The notes: generated by a model from the letters alone, not told the origin. Counted from the first letter of the stretch, positions 19,656-30,784 are shown. The stretch: 39,222 nucleotides of DNA from a bacterium (GCA_963663405.2 CAXXSM010000002.1:1-39222); one strand, 5' to 3'. Translations and numbers: made by a program.

Positions 19656-21797
19656 TTACCGCTTGGTTTCAACCATCGAAATTGTGCTGGTTATTAAATG
19701 ATCGGACACAGTAAAAACTCGTATCAATCCGCTGGAGCAACTAATTAACAGCTGTTTTCCATCCGGAGAGAAATCGATCGTCATGGGAAACCTCGTGTTA
19801 TGGCGGAAATAGCCGGTCATATTCATCGTTTCCAAATCCCAAAACGTTATGCGCCCATCCGATCCAGCGATAGCGAGAGATTCGCAGTCAGGAGATACCG
19901 CCATACAATTCTTGCGTTGTTTATTGATACAAGGAATCGCGCGCACGGAGCCACTCTCGATATCGGCAATTTGTATAAATTCCAGGCCTTTACTGGTAAT
20001 AATGGATTTCTCATCAGGGGTGAAAAGAATGGGTGGAAACAACCCTTCTGGATGCGGCAATGAACGGAGTGAGGCGCCGGTTTGGAGATCCCATAAATCC
20101 ACGGATTTGGATTGCTTTGACAGAACGGCGAGTTTTGTTTGATCGGGTGACAACGCGGCGCCAAAATACGCATACGCTTGGTTTTCCTGAACCGAAAACG
20201 TCATTTCTCCTGTTTCAATATCCCATACGGTGATATCGCCTTCTCCACCAACACCGGCCAATTTAGAATTATTATCAAAAAAAACGCAGGAATACAAAAA
20301 CGATTGATGCCCTTTCAAGGTCAGAATCTTCTCTCCCGATTGGACATCCCATAAATAGCAAACCGCCTTATATTCTACATTCTCTTTTCTTCCAGGTTGC
20401 GTAAGAAGCCATTGGCCACCGGTTGAATACCCAATCGTGAGCTGTGTTTCCTCGGTCTTCAGTGAAGGCGCTTGCTCACTCCGGCCGGTCTCTAAATCCC
20501 AGATCCATGTTTCTCCATAACTTGTTCCACTTAAGACATGTTGACCGTCCGGTTGAAAATACGTATACGGCGTGGCGTAGGAATGAAGGTGAAATTTTCG
20601 AACCACGTTCCCCGTATCCACCGCTCTAAATTGAAAGAAATTCTGGTGGGGATGAAACGTAACGAATTGGCGGCCATCCATAGAAAAAGACACATAGGCG
20701 ATCGAATAGCCATCATCCTGATACGCGCGGATTCGTTCTCCGGTTTCCACATTCCATAACTCAGCCTTATTCACACCGCTTAACAATTGCTTTCCATCCG
20801 GCGAGAATGCGATCCGTTGAAATAGGTTCAACCACATTGGACTGGTTATTGAGAGCCGCATCTTTTGTTCCTGCTTAATCTCACAACGGTCTTCGGATAG
20901 ATCCACATCCCATAAAACGTAGGGTTGAGTCGCGTTGGAGGGACAGAGAGCAATAATCCGCCTCCCATCGGGAGAGAACATCGCGGATGGTCTTAATAAG
21001 TTAAGATTATTAGAGAAGTAACGCGCAGATTCCTCCCCCTTCGATAGAATCAACTCATTCGTTTGAATTGCCCGGATGGTGAGTGAATCGTTTTGTTCAC
21101 TGCCCGCAAGAAGATATTGACCATCTGGAGTATAAGAGAGGGCGGTTATCGCCTTATGCCCATCGCTGAACCGCTCAATGATCTTCCCCGTTTCTGTATT
21201 CCAAAGTTTAACGATTCCGGTACGATCACCTGTGGCAAGCTGAGTTCCATCAGGTGAAAAAACGGTTCGTGTAATGAAGTTAAATAAATGAGCGCGAATG
21301 TGAAAGAGGATTTTCCCGCTTTCGATTTCCCAAAGCGTCATAGAGCCTTTCTCATTCCCTTGGACAAGTCGCTGACCATCCGGCGAAAAAGCGAGAGATT
21401 CAGGGATGTCGTTTTGATTTTTAAACCATTTCAATACAGAGGGTGGATCTTCCGCTAAATCCCAAACGAACACGCCCATGCTATTGCCAGTAGCAGCGCG
21501 TTTCCAATCAGGAGAAATGACGAACGCTTTGATACTCCCTAAACCAAGAATAGTCTCCCCCGCGGCGCCACGTATAGGATACTCGATCGAATCAATCACG
21601 GAGAGTTCACTTTGATCGATATCCCTTCCCATTCTAAGAGGAGGATACACTTCCAAAGGCGCCGGCCGCTTGTTCGCTTTCGTCAGCGTCAATACAATCA
21701 GAAAAATAAAAATAAGAATGGAAGCGGCGCCTAATCCATTCAAAAACGATCGCGGATCGAGTCTCCGCCGGAATAAGAGATGAAAGAATGTGCGCAT
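19656..21797 (-). CDS. Membrane-anchored WD40 beta-propeller protein W7
   Basis: MRTFFHLLFRRRLDPRSF, TM helix, WD40 repeats. Start assigned by homology to the paralogs. Confidence 0.9.
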   Translation of the reverse strand: MRTFFHLLFRRRLDPRSFLNGLGAASILIFIFLIVLTLTKANKRPAPLEVYPPLRMGRDIDQSELSVIDSIEYPIRGAAGETILGLGSIKAFVISPDWKRAATGNSMGVFVWDLAEDPPSVLKWFKNQNDIPESLAFSPDGQRLVQGNEKGSMTLWEIESGKILFHIRAHLFNFITRTVFSPDGTQLATGDRTGIVKLWNTETGKIIERFSDGHKAITALSYTPDGQYLLAGSEQNDSLTIRAIQTNELILSKGEESARYFSNNLNLLRPSAMFSPDGRRIIALCPSNATQPYVLWDVDLSEDRCEIKQEQKMRLSITSPMWLNLFQRIAFSPDGKQLLSGVNKAELWNVETGERIRAYQDDGYSIAYVSFSMDGRQFVTFHPHQNFFQFRAVDTGNVVRKFHLHSYATPYTYFQPDGQHVLSGTSYGETWIWDLETGRSEQAPSLKTEETQLTIGYSTGGQWLLTQPGRKENVEYKAVCYLWDVQSGEKILTLKGHQSFLYSCVFFDNNSKLAGVGGEGDITVWDIETGEMTFSVQENQAYAYFGAALSPDQTKLAVLSKQSKSVDLWDLQTGASLRSLPHPEGLFPPILFTPDEKSIITSKGLEFIQIADIESGSVRAIPCINKQRKNCMAVSPDCESLAIAGSDGRITFWDLETMNMTGYFRHNTRFPMTIDFSPDGKQLLISCSSGLIRVFTVSDHLITSTISMVETKR

Positions 21798-21821
21798 GAA
21801 TATTCCCCCCAAATCGCTCGT

Positions 21822-24068
21822 TTATTGTTTCATATTTACAAGTGTCGAAACAGGCTTCGGCGCGAAGGCGCCGGGCGCCTCCCAAATTCGTATACATCCA
21901 TCGGTGCAACTGGCTAAAATCTGTTTTCCCTCTGGAGAAATATCGATATACCGGATTTGAGGTGTCATAGAGACCCCTTCGTCAAAACTTGGCCAGATTC
22001 TTGACGGCTCGTTCGTCAATGGAACGGATTCGCGTTGTTTGAGTTTAACGCTTCCCACCTCTTGTTTTCTCTCTAAATCCCAGAGCGTCAAGCGGTTGGT
22101 TTCATTGGCGAATACCAGATACTTAAAATCGGGGGTAAACTTAAATCCAATTTTCCCGCAGGGAATCTCGTGAGTTTCTCCACTCTCGATCTCAATCATC
22201 TGAAGATGTCCCTTAGTATTGCCGGTTAATATAGAATTCCCATCAGAGGAAAAATGAACAGGATAAAACAATTTCAACGGACACTCTAAAGTTTGAATAA
22301 TGACCCCGATTTGGATATCCCATAAATCTATCGTATTGGATTGTGACGCATAGACAGCGATCCATTTATCATCTGAACCCAAGACGAAATAATGAATCGA
22401 ACTCCAATGCTCCACCTCAATCGTTGTTGTGATCTTTCCTGTCTGAACATCCCATACATGGATCAAACCATCACTCGTGGAGCCGATCACTTTGGAACCG
22501 TCTTTGGAGAGAACGATGGATCTCAAGAGATCCTGCGTTCGTATCGTCTGCAGCATCTCTCCCGTTCGGACATCCCATACATGATAGATTGGTTGATGCC
22601 CCAAATGATGCCTGTACTGCTTGGGCGCGGTATTACTATACATTACATGAATATCTCCAACCCCCATCACTTGCGTTAGAAGCCGTTGTCCATCCGATGA
22701 ATAGGCGATCGAACGATATTTTTCATTGATTTGAAGAGAAGGATTTTGAATTCGTTTGCCCGTATTCAGATCCCAGATATACGTTTCTGCGTTCACGGAT
22801 TCACTCAAGATATGTTGCCCGTCCGGCAAAAAGAAAGCGCGGTTTGAAATACTGGAATGAAGATAAAAGGAACGAGTCACCGCGCCTGTTTCCACCGTTC
22901 TAAATTTAAACAAATTCGATTGGGAATGAAACGTGAGAAACTCCAGGCCGTCCGGGGAATAAGCCGCATAATCGATCTGTCCACTATCTTCCGGATAAGT
23001 CCGGATGAGAGCGCCTGTTTCCGCATTCCACAACTGAGCAGTGTCTCGCGCGATTAGAATCTGTTTCCCATCCGGTGAAAACGACGCGTTTTGATACTGG
23101 GCGGATACGTCCTTTTCGGAGACGAGAAAATGCAAATTGGTTTCACGCTTGATTTCACATTTGTCTTCGAACAGATTCACATCCCATATCACAATCGGTT
23201 GAGTCGCGCTATTCGAACAACGGGAAAGAATCCGGCTGCCATCGGGAGAAAACATAGCTAAAGGCGTCAATAAATTGAAATTCATATTGTAAATAAATGG
23301 ATGACTCTGTTTCGATAGAATCATCCGATTGCTTTTTAATTCCCAAATGGTAATGGAATTCACGCGGGCATTGCTGGCTAAAAGATATTGACCATCGGGA
23401 GAAAAGGAAATCACCGTGCACTCTCCATAACGATGGAGAAAGCGTCTTGTTCTTTCTCCTGTCCGCATATCCCAAGTCTTAACATGACCGAGTTCATTTC
23501 CCGTGGCCAGCTGATTTCCATCCGGAGAAAACGCGAGTCCTGTAATGAAATGGCCAGATTGCGCGCGGATGTGCAAAAGCGCTTCTCCACTTCCCACATA
23601 CCAAATCGTCAATGAGCCGTCGTGATTTCCCTGCGCCAGCCGCTTGCCATCGGGGGAAAAAGCCAGCGATCGGCAAAGCCCCTTCTCATTTCGGAACCAT
23701 TTCAACAGTGTGGGCTGTTCCTGCGTGATGTCCCATAAGAACACGCCTAAATCGCTGGCTGTGGCTAGATAGTTCCAATCGGGAGACAAGGAAAACACCG
23801 AGAGCGCGCCTAATCCTAGAAGAATCTCCCCCGAATTACCGCGCAAGGGATATCCTGCTGGATCGGTAACCGAGAGTTCGCTCCGATCGAGTTCTTGTTC
23901 TCCAAAAACCGGCGGATTCACGACCAATTTTGTCTTCTTATTTTTCACTTGCGAATATGTCAGCACAATTAGAAGAACAAATAAAATGGTTACAGCGATC
24001 CCAGCAATGATATAAATCGTCCGTGGATTCAATCTCCGCCGGAAAAAGAGATGATAGAATGTACGCAT
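21822..24068 (-). CDS. Membrane-anchored WD40 beta-propeller protein W6
   Basis: MRTFYHLFFRRRLNPRTI, TM helix, WD40 repeats. Confidence 0.9.
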   Translation of the reverse strand: MRTFYHLFFRRRLNPRTIYIIAGIAVTILFVLLIVLTYSQVKNKKTKLVVNPPVFGEQELDRSELSVTDPAGYPLRGNSGEILLGLGALSVFSLSPDWNYLATASDLGVFLWDITQEQPTLLKWFRNEKGLCRSLAFSPDGKRLAQGNHDGSLTIWYVGSGEALLHIRAQSGHFITGLAFSPDGNQLATGNELGHVKTWDMRTGERTRRFLHRYGECTVISFSPDGQYLLASNARVNSITIWELKSNRMILSKQSHPFIYNMNFNLLTPLAMFSPDGSRILSRCSNSATQPIVIWDVNLFEDKCEIKRETNLHFLVSEKDVSAQYQNASFSPDGKQILIARDTAQLWNAETGALIRTYPEDSGQIDYAAYSPDGLEFLTFHSQSNLFKFRTVETGAVTRSFYLHSSISNRAFFLPDGQHILSESVNAETYIWDLNTGKRIQNPSLQINEKYRSIAYSSDGQRLLTQVMGVGDIHVMYSNTAPKQYRHHLGHQPIYHVWDVRTGEMLQTIRTQDLLRSIVLSKDGSKVIGSTSDGLIHVWDVQTGKITTTIEVEHWSSIHYFVLGSDDKWIAVYASQSNTIDLWDIQIGVIIQTLECPLKLFYPVHFSSDGNSILTGNTKGHLQMIEIESGETHEIPCGKIGFKFTPDFKYLVFANETNRLTLWDLERKQEVGSVKLKQRESVPLTNEPSRIWPSFDEGVSMTPQIRYIDISPEGKQILASCTDGCIRIWEAPGAFAPKPVSTLVNMKQ

Positions 24069-24120
24069 GAATTCCCCCTATACAGCGCGTTTATTGTTTG
24101 ATGTTTAAAAAGCATAACGA

Positions 24121-26346
24121 TCAAGGTTTGGTTTGAATCAATGGAGCAGGAGTAGGCTCCGGTTCGAAAGCAGTGGGAACATCCAAGATTCGAATGGCTC
24201 CTTCAGCGCCGGTGAACAGAATTTGTTTGCCATCTGGAGAGAAATCGACACATTTGATTTGAACAGGATTGCGGGGGAATCCGCTCACGTCTCGCCAGCC
24301 ACTTGGCTGCATCCCCATCATCGGTCCGGATGGAATTTTATAAATTTCAATACTTCCCACCTTTTTCATGGTCTCCAATTCCCAAAGCGTCACTTGGTTA
24401 TAGGCGTCAGACACCGCAAGATATTTTGAATCGGGCGATAATGCGATAGCGCTTGTGAATCTTGTCTTTGCGCTGGGAATCTCGTATTTGACGCCGTTTA
24501 ACATATCCGTGATCTGAAGATACCCCATCGCATTCAGGCCAAGAACGGATCTTTCATCTGGGAATACCATGATCGGAGATAACACACCATGTGTATTCTC
24601 AATCGTCATAATCAAGACGCCCGGTTGGATATCCCATTGAGCAATATCGTTGGAATTATCGGGGACAACTGCGATCCACTCTTGACCGGTTGACGCTAAA
24701 GAGCCCTGAATCTTATTTAATAGTCTCCCCCGAAGGGTAGTAATGAGTTCCCCCGTCTCGATATCCCATATGAAAATAGTATTATCCTTATCAGCGCCAA
24801 CGGCTTTCGAGCCGTCGTTTGAGAAATAGGCTTTTTCCAATATGGATGAATACCCTTTAAGCATTTGAACTCTCTCCCCGGTCCGTGTATCCCATACATG
24901 AAAGACAGGATCGGATTCCATATTATTGTTCGCAATGGATTGTGATAGCAGCCGCTGTCCATCGGAAGAATAGGCGATTGTCAATTGCCAATCCGAAGAT
25001 TGAAGAAAGGGAAATTGTATCGTCCGGCCAGACGCTAAATCCATAATGTACGTTTCACCCGTATCCGCGCCAGCTAAAATATGTTGGCCGTCCGGCAGAA
25101 ATTGACTCCAATGCGTAGGACGGGTATGAAGTGGGAAGGAGCGTATGACCTCTCCCGTATCCAAATTTCCGAATGTGAATACATTGATAAATGTAAATAG
25201 ATTTATATAGAAATTGAATGTTACAAACTCCCTGCCATTCGGAGAACAAGCGGCATAGATAATCCGGCCCTGAGTTTTTTTATAATCCCGGATACGCTCA
25301 CCAGTTTCCGCGTCCCATAATGTAATTTTGTTATCTGAGGTCAAAACATACTTTCCATCCGCCGTAAATGAAGCATTCATAAACTGGATTGATCGATCTG
25401 AAGGTATCTTTAAGTACGTTTCCCGTCCAATCTCACCATGGTTATTAGATAGGTTTACATCCCACAAAATAATGGGTTGCTCCAGGATAGAAGAACAGCG
25501 CGAGAGAATCCGTCTTCCATTTGGAGAAAACATCGCGGATGGCGTCACACAATTTTCAGATCGCTCATAAAATGAGTTGTCACTCCGCTTGGAGAGAATC
25601 AATCGTTTCGTTTTCATGTCCCAAACGGTAAGATAATTGATTTTGTTGCTGGCCGCTAGAAGATATTGACCGTCTGGAGTAAAAGAAAACGCTGAGATAC
25701 TGCTATGCCCCTTACTAAATCGCCCGATTCTCTTCCCAGTCTCCGTTTCCCAAATCTTAATCCGTCCCAAAATATCGCCTGTAACAAGACAAACGCCATC
25801 TGGAGAAAATAACATTTCCGAAATCATGGTTCTTGAATGAACGCGCTTGTGAAAAAGCGCTTCCCCACGTTCCACATCCCAAATAGTCAATGAACCTCGA
25901 TCATTCCCCTGCGCCAATCGCCGCCCATCCGGCGAAAACGCCAGGGATTGCGCCGTCTCCTTCTGATTCCGGAACCATTTCAATAACACGGGCCGCTGTG
26001 GTGTGATATCCCATAAAAACACCCCTAAATCACTGGCTGTGGCGAGCCGCTTCCAATCCGGCGAAAGAGTGAATGTCAAGACCGGCCCTAAGCCGAGAAT
26101 CGGCTCACCTGAATCTTCTTGTAAAGGAATGTTCGCCGAATGAACAACTGACAACGCGCTCTGATCGAGATCCTTTTCCCCATAGAGTGGTGGATAGACA
26201 ACGAGGCCTGTTTTTACGTCTTTAAGTTTTGGATATGTAATCACAACAAATACAATAAAAAATACAACGATCGCAACGCCAACAGAAATCATGAACGTTC
26301 GCGGTTTGAGTCTTCGTCTAAAAATGTGATAGTAGAGTTTACGCAT
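24121..26346 (-). CDS. Membrane-anchored WD40 beta-propeller protein W5
   Basis: MRKLYYHIFRRRLKPRTF, TM helix, WD40 repeats. Confidence 0.9.
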   Translation of the reverse strand: MRKLYYHIFRRRLKPRTFMISVGVAIVVFFIVFVVITYPKLKDVKTGLVVYPPLYGEKDLDQSALSVVHSANIPLQEDSGEPILGLGPVLTFTLSPDWKRLATASDLGVFLWDITPQRPVLLKWFRNQKETAQSLAFSPDGRRLAQGNDRGSLTIWDVERGEALFHKRVHSRTMISEMLFSPDGVCLVTGDILGRIKIWETETGKRIGRFSKGHSSISAFSFTPDGQYLLAASNKINYLTVWDMKTKRLILSKRSDNSFYERSENCVTPSAMFSPNGRRILSRCSSILEQPIILWDVNLSNNHGEIGRETYLKIPSDRSIQFMNASFTADGKYVLTSDNKITLWDAETGERIRDYKKTQGRIIYAACSPNGREFVTFNFYINLFTFINVFTFGNLDTGEVIRSFPLHTRPTHWSQFLPDGQHILAGADTGETYIMDLASGRTIQFPFLQSSDWQLTIAYSSDGQRLLSQSIANNNMESDPVFHVWDTRTGERVQMLKGYSSILEKAYFSNDGSKAVGADKDNTIFIWDIETGELITTLRGRLLNKIQGSLASTGQEWIAVVPDNSNDIAQWDIQPGVLIMTIENTHGVLSPIMVFPDERSVLGLNAMGYLQITDMLNGVKYEIPSAKTRFTSAIALSPDSKYLAVSDAYNQVTLWELETMKKVGSIEIYKIPSGPMMGMQPSGWRDVSGFPRNPVQIKCVDFSPDGKQILFTGAEGAIRILDVPTAFEPEPTPAPLIQTKP

Positions 26347-26423
26347 CGAGTCTTTTCCCCCACGCCTAAGAGCATTTAATGATTAACGTTTAAAAGAGAG
26401 AATTGTATCGGTGAATCTGTCGC

Positions 26424-28549
26424 TTATGGTTTAAGAATAGGGGTGGGAGTGGGTATGGGCATAAGGTTTGTAAATAGATTCCAAATTCGAATACTGCCAT
26501 CGGCGCCGCTGATTAACAGCTGCTTTCCATCTGGAGAAAAATCAATTGCTAGAATGACAGAAACATTTGAGTGAAAATAACCGATCATCTTCAACGTCTC
26601 TAAATCGAGAATCGACACGCGCCCGTCTTCACCAGCGGCCGCGTAATACTTTCCATCGGGCGAAACCGCGCAGCATTTCAAAAATCCCGTTATTGCGTTC
26701 GGAATTTGGCGGCTCTTAGTGCTCTCGATATCTGTAAATTTGAAGAGTTTTCCTGCCATCAACGGATAAAATTGATTTCCCATCGGGTGTAATAGCAATA
26801 GGATGAAATATATTTTGATTTTGTATTAATTGAATCAATTCTCCGGTTTCGATATTCCACAATGTTAGAGTATCCGATAGCATCGACTGCGTTATTATCG
26901 TATCTGGAATGGGAGATTGAAGAATTCCGTAAATCGGATTCTGTTGTTTCTCCTCCATGGACACGCTCACTTCTCCCGTCTTGATATCCCAGACAGAGAT
27001 TTGTCCTTTTTCCACGCCGATGACTTTGGATTTATCATTCGTAAATACTGGATGATTCACATTTCCCTTTAATGTCAGTATTTTCTCTCCCGATTGAATA
27101 TCCCATATATAACGTTCTTCCTTGGTTGTGGAATTTGGATTTCTACGAGGACGGGTGAGAACCCATTGCCTGTCAGGGGAATAATTGACTGGATAATGCC
27201 ACTCATCCGTTTGTAGAGAACACGATCGAACGCGCCGTCCCTGCTCGATATCCCAGATCTGTGTATCGCCTGATTCACATCCACTTATGACATACCGCCC
27301 ATCCAGCGTGACAATAGGCAAACGGAGTTGGATTGGAATGCAGGTGGAAAGTACGGATCGTTTTTCCGGTTTCAAATTCCCGGAATTGAAATAAATCCGC
27401 TTGAGGATGAAATGTGACGATCTGCTGGCCATCCGGTGAAAACGCCGCGTAGGAGATCAATCCGCGATCGTCCGGAAAATGATGAGTGGGAGCGCCTGTT
27501 TCTGCATCCCATAACTCAACGCGATTCCAAGCGGTTAGAACGTGTTTTCCATCCGGTGAAAAGGAAGCGTTAAAAAACCGGAACGATCCACTCACCTCAG
27601 AGGGTGAGAACTGCAAATAGATTTCACGGGTAATCTCACTCCCATTTTCGATAAAATTCACATCCCACACAACCAAAGGAAGATCCGGATTATTGGAACA
27701 TGGTGAGAGAATCCTCGCTCCATCGGGAGAAAACACCGCTGACGGTGAAATTTCATTTTGATCGTGACGGTAAGACAATACATTTTGCCCCTTCTTGGTT
27801 AGAAGCAATTGGCTCTTTTCAATCTCCCAAACGGTGAGTGTGTTGGTTTGTAAACTGCCCGTCAATACGTATCGGTCATCCGGATTAAAAACAATGGTTG
27901 AGATCCCCCCATGACTTGTATTCAACGTCTCAACCTTTTCTCCCGTTTTTGTATCCCACACTTTCACCAATCCCTGCACATCTCCCGTGACAAGCCGCCT
28001 GCCATCCGAGGAGAACGCGAGCGCTGTGATAATCGTGACGAAATGCGCGCGAATGTGAAAGACTGGTTCCCCACTTTCCAAATCCCACAGCGTCAGCGAG
28101 CCTTTATTATTCCCCTGCGCCAACAGTTTTCCATCCGGCGAAAACGCAAGCGATCGCGGAACTTCGTTCCGATTCCGAAACCATTGCGTCAGCGTTGGTT
28201 CTTCCCCCGTTATATCCCACAAGAAAACACCCATTTCGCTGGCCGTAGCGAGCCGTTTCCAATCGGACGAAAAATCAAACGCCTCGATCTTTCCCAAACC
28301 AAGAAGGATCTCCCCCGAATCCCCTCGTAAGGGATACTGAATCGAATCGAGAACAGAAAGTTCACTTGGATCGATATTCGCATCCCGATTCACCGGATTC
28401 GAAACAACAAAAGACGCCTGCTTTTCCTTAAACAACATAATCGTCAAAATGAGTACAATAAAAATGATTACTGACGCGATCACAATCAAAAACATAAACA
28501 CCCGTGGATCAAGTTTTCGCTGAAAAAGAACGTGATAGAATTTTGGCAT
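26424..28549 (-). CDS. Membrane-anchored WD40 beta-propeller protein W4, split by two frameshifts (~27312, ~26738); pseudogene or sequencing error
   Basis: ORFs 27275-28549, 26716-27432 and 26424-26798 together reconstruct one full-length paralog. Confidence 0.85.
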
Positions 28550-28620
28550 TGTTTTCCCCTTTTCTTTATTACATTTATAGATGTGGATATGTACTCCGCA
28601 CGAAAAGAAAAGATGTTATT

Positions 28621-30765
28621 TTACTCGAATGGCTCAGACAAATCCCAAATTCGAATACTGCCATCCGCGCCGTTGATTAACAACCATTTCCCATCTGGAG
28701 AAATATCAATACTTGTAACTTTCATGACTTTATGGGGGAATTGCTTTATCATCTTCATTGTCTCTAAATCGACGATTTTCACTTGACCGTCAATCCCTTC
28801 CGTGACATCAACAAAATAGGGGCGATCGGGCGCCGCGGCGAGATGATTATAGAAGGACGTAGACACAAGAGAATCTTGGAGCCGGAGTTTACTGCTGTTT
28901 CCACTGGGTATCACGCGCGTAGCGCCGCTCACTATATCTGTCATCAGATAATCTAATTCTCTCGTATTCGAAACAGCGGTTTTTTCATCCCTAGTAAAAA
29001 GAATGGGAAGATACAGCCCATCCGGGTAATGCCACGAGCGCAAAAATCGACCTGTTTGGATATCGCATAAGTAAACAGTATCGGATTCAGTCGAGTTGAC
29101 CGCAATCCAATTTTCATGGGGAAATAGCGAAAAACTATGAATTGATAGATGGTAGTTCTTCTGCATTTGAGCCGTGATTTCTCCCGTAGCAATATCCCAA
29201 ACGGTGATCAGCCCATTTTCATCACCCGTAATCAACTTCGAACCATCTTTTGAGAAAATGACAGAGATGAAAGGAGAGAAATATTCTTCGATCGTCTGTA
29301 TTTTTTCTCCTGTTTTGACATCCCAAATACTGCACACGGATATTCCATTGTTATAATGTTCGGCGTACGATTGAGTGAGAATTTTTTTTCTATCCAAAGA
29401 ATATGCGATTGGCCATTGCATTTCCTCTGTTTGTAGTAAGGGAGTTCGAATCCGCTGATGGGATTCAACATCCCAAATCAACGTATCACCAAAATAACTT
29501 CCACTTAAAATACGCTTGCTGTCCGGCATGAAGTAAGTATATGGCGTTGGAGCGGAGTGATATTGAAAAGACCGGATCACTCTGCCCGTTTCCAATTCTC
29601 TAAAGGCAAAAAAATTGCTATTGGAATGGACTGTAAGAAACTGTTCTCCATCAGGTGAACAAGCCACATAAGAAATGCTTCCGTTCTCTTCTTGAAATGT
29701 GCGGATGAGCTCCCCCGATTTAGCGTCCCATAACACGGCGCAGTCTCCAGCGGTCAAAATCCGCAGGCCATCGGGAGTAAACGTCGCGTTTTGATACTCA
29801 GCCGCTTGCGGCTGGTTGGAGGAGAGCCGCGACAGGTATGTTTCACCTAGAATATCACATCGATAGCTCGATAGTATCACATCCCAGAGAACGATCGAGT
29901 TAGCCTCACGGGTAGAACAGTGCGAAAGTATCCGCTTTCCATCCGGTGAGAACATCGCGGATGGCGGCGCCACATTTACATTGCTATAAGGATTATTTTT
30001 CAATCCTTGTTTGAATAGAATCTTCTTGTTCTTTTTTATATTCCATACGATTAATACATTGGATGTCAGTGAGGACGCTAACAGATATCGGCTATCCGGA
30101 GTAAAGGAAATTGATGTGACATCACTATCCATTATAAATTGTTCTATAAGTTCTCCTGTCTCCACTGCCCAAATCTTTACCCGCCCGTATGCATCTCCTG
30201 TCGCAAGCGAGGCGCCATCTGGAGAAAACACGATTCGTGAAATGGTTTTGGATACATGCGCGTGAATATGAATGAGCGCCTTCCCGCGTTCAATCTCCCA
30301 AAGCGTCAGCGAGCCTTTATCATTTCCCTGCGCCAGCCATTGACCGTTTGGTGAAAACGCCAGCGATTTTGGAACATCAGATGGATTGATAAAACGCTTC
30401 AAAATAGTGGGCCGTTCTCCCGTGTTGTCCCATAAAAACACACCCAACTCACATCCCGTGGCAAGCCGATCCCAATTGGATGAAAGAGCGAACGCCGTTA
30501 TCTGCCCTAAACTGAAAATGGTCTCACCCGGATCATTCGTCGTGAGATACTGCCTTTTCTCTTCGACATAAAGTTCGCTTGGATCGATCACTCTTCCCTT
30601 ATTGGCTGGAGGATATACAACGAGATCCGACTCCCATTGTTTTAATTTTCCCCCTACAACGATGACGAGAACGATGAAAATCAGAATCAAAGCGATTCCC
30701 ACACTCGTCATAAACATCCGTGGATCAAGTTTTCGCTTAAAAAGAAGATGGTAGATTTTCGGCAT
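28621..30765 (-). CDS. Membrane-anchored WD40 beta-propeller protein W3
   Basis: MPKIYHLLFKRKLDPRMF, TM helix, WD40 repeats. The longer ORF start at 30903 overlaps W2 and is rejected. Confidence 0.9.
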   Translation of the reverse strand: MPKIYHLLFKRKLDPRMFMTSVGIALILIFIVLVIVVGGKLKQWESDLVVYPPANKGRVIDPSELYVEEKRQYLTTNDPGETIFSLGQITAFALSSNWDRLATGCELGVFLWDNTGERPTILKRFINPSDVPKSLAFSPNGQWLAQGNDKGSLTLWEIERGKALIHIHAHVSKTISRIVFSPDGASLATGDAYGRVKIWAVETGELIEQFIMDSDVTSISFTPDSRYLLASSLTSNVLIVWNIKKNKKILFKQGLKNNPYSNVNVAPPSAMFSPDGKRILSHCSTREANSIVLWDVILSSYRCDILGETYLSRLSSNQPQAAEYQNATFTPDGLRILTAGDCAVLWDAKSGELIRTFQEENGSISYVACSPDGEQFLTVHSNSNFFAFRELETGRVIRSFQYHSAPTPYTYFMPDSKRILSGSYFGDTLIWDVESHQRIRTPLLQTEEMQWPIAYSLDRKKILTQSYAEHYNNGISVCSIWDVKTGEKIQTIEEYFSPFISVIFSKDGSKLITGDENGLITVWDIATGEITAQMQKNYHLSIHSFSLFPHENWIAVNSTESDTVYLCDIQTGRFLRSWHYPDGLYLPILFTRDEKTAVSNTRELDYLMTDIVSGATRVIPSGNSSKLRLQDSLVSTSFYNHLAAAPDRPYFVDVTEGIDGQVKIVDLETMKMIKQFPHKVMKVTSIDISPDGKWLLINGADGSIRIWDLSEPFE

Positions 30766-30784
30766 CACATATACCTCAGTTCGT

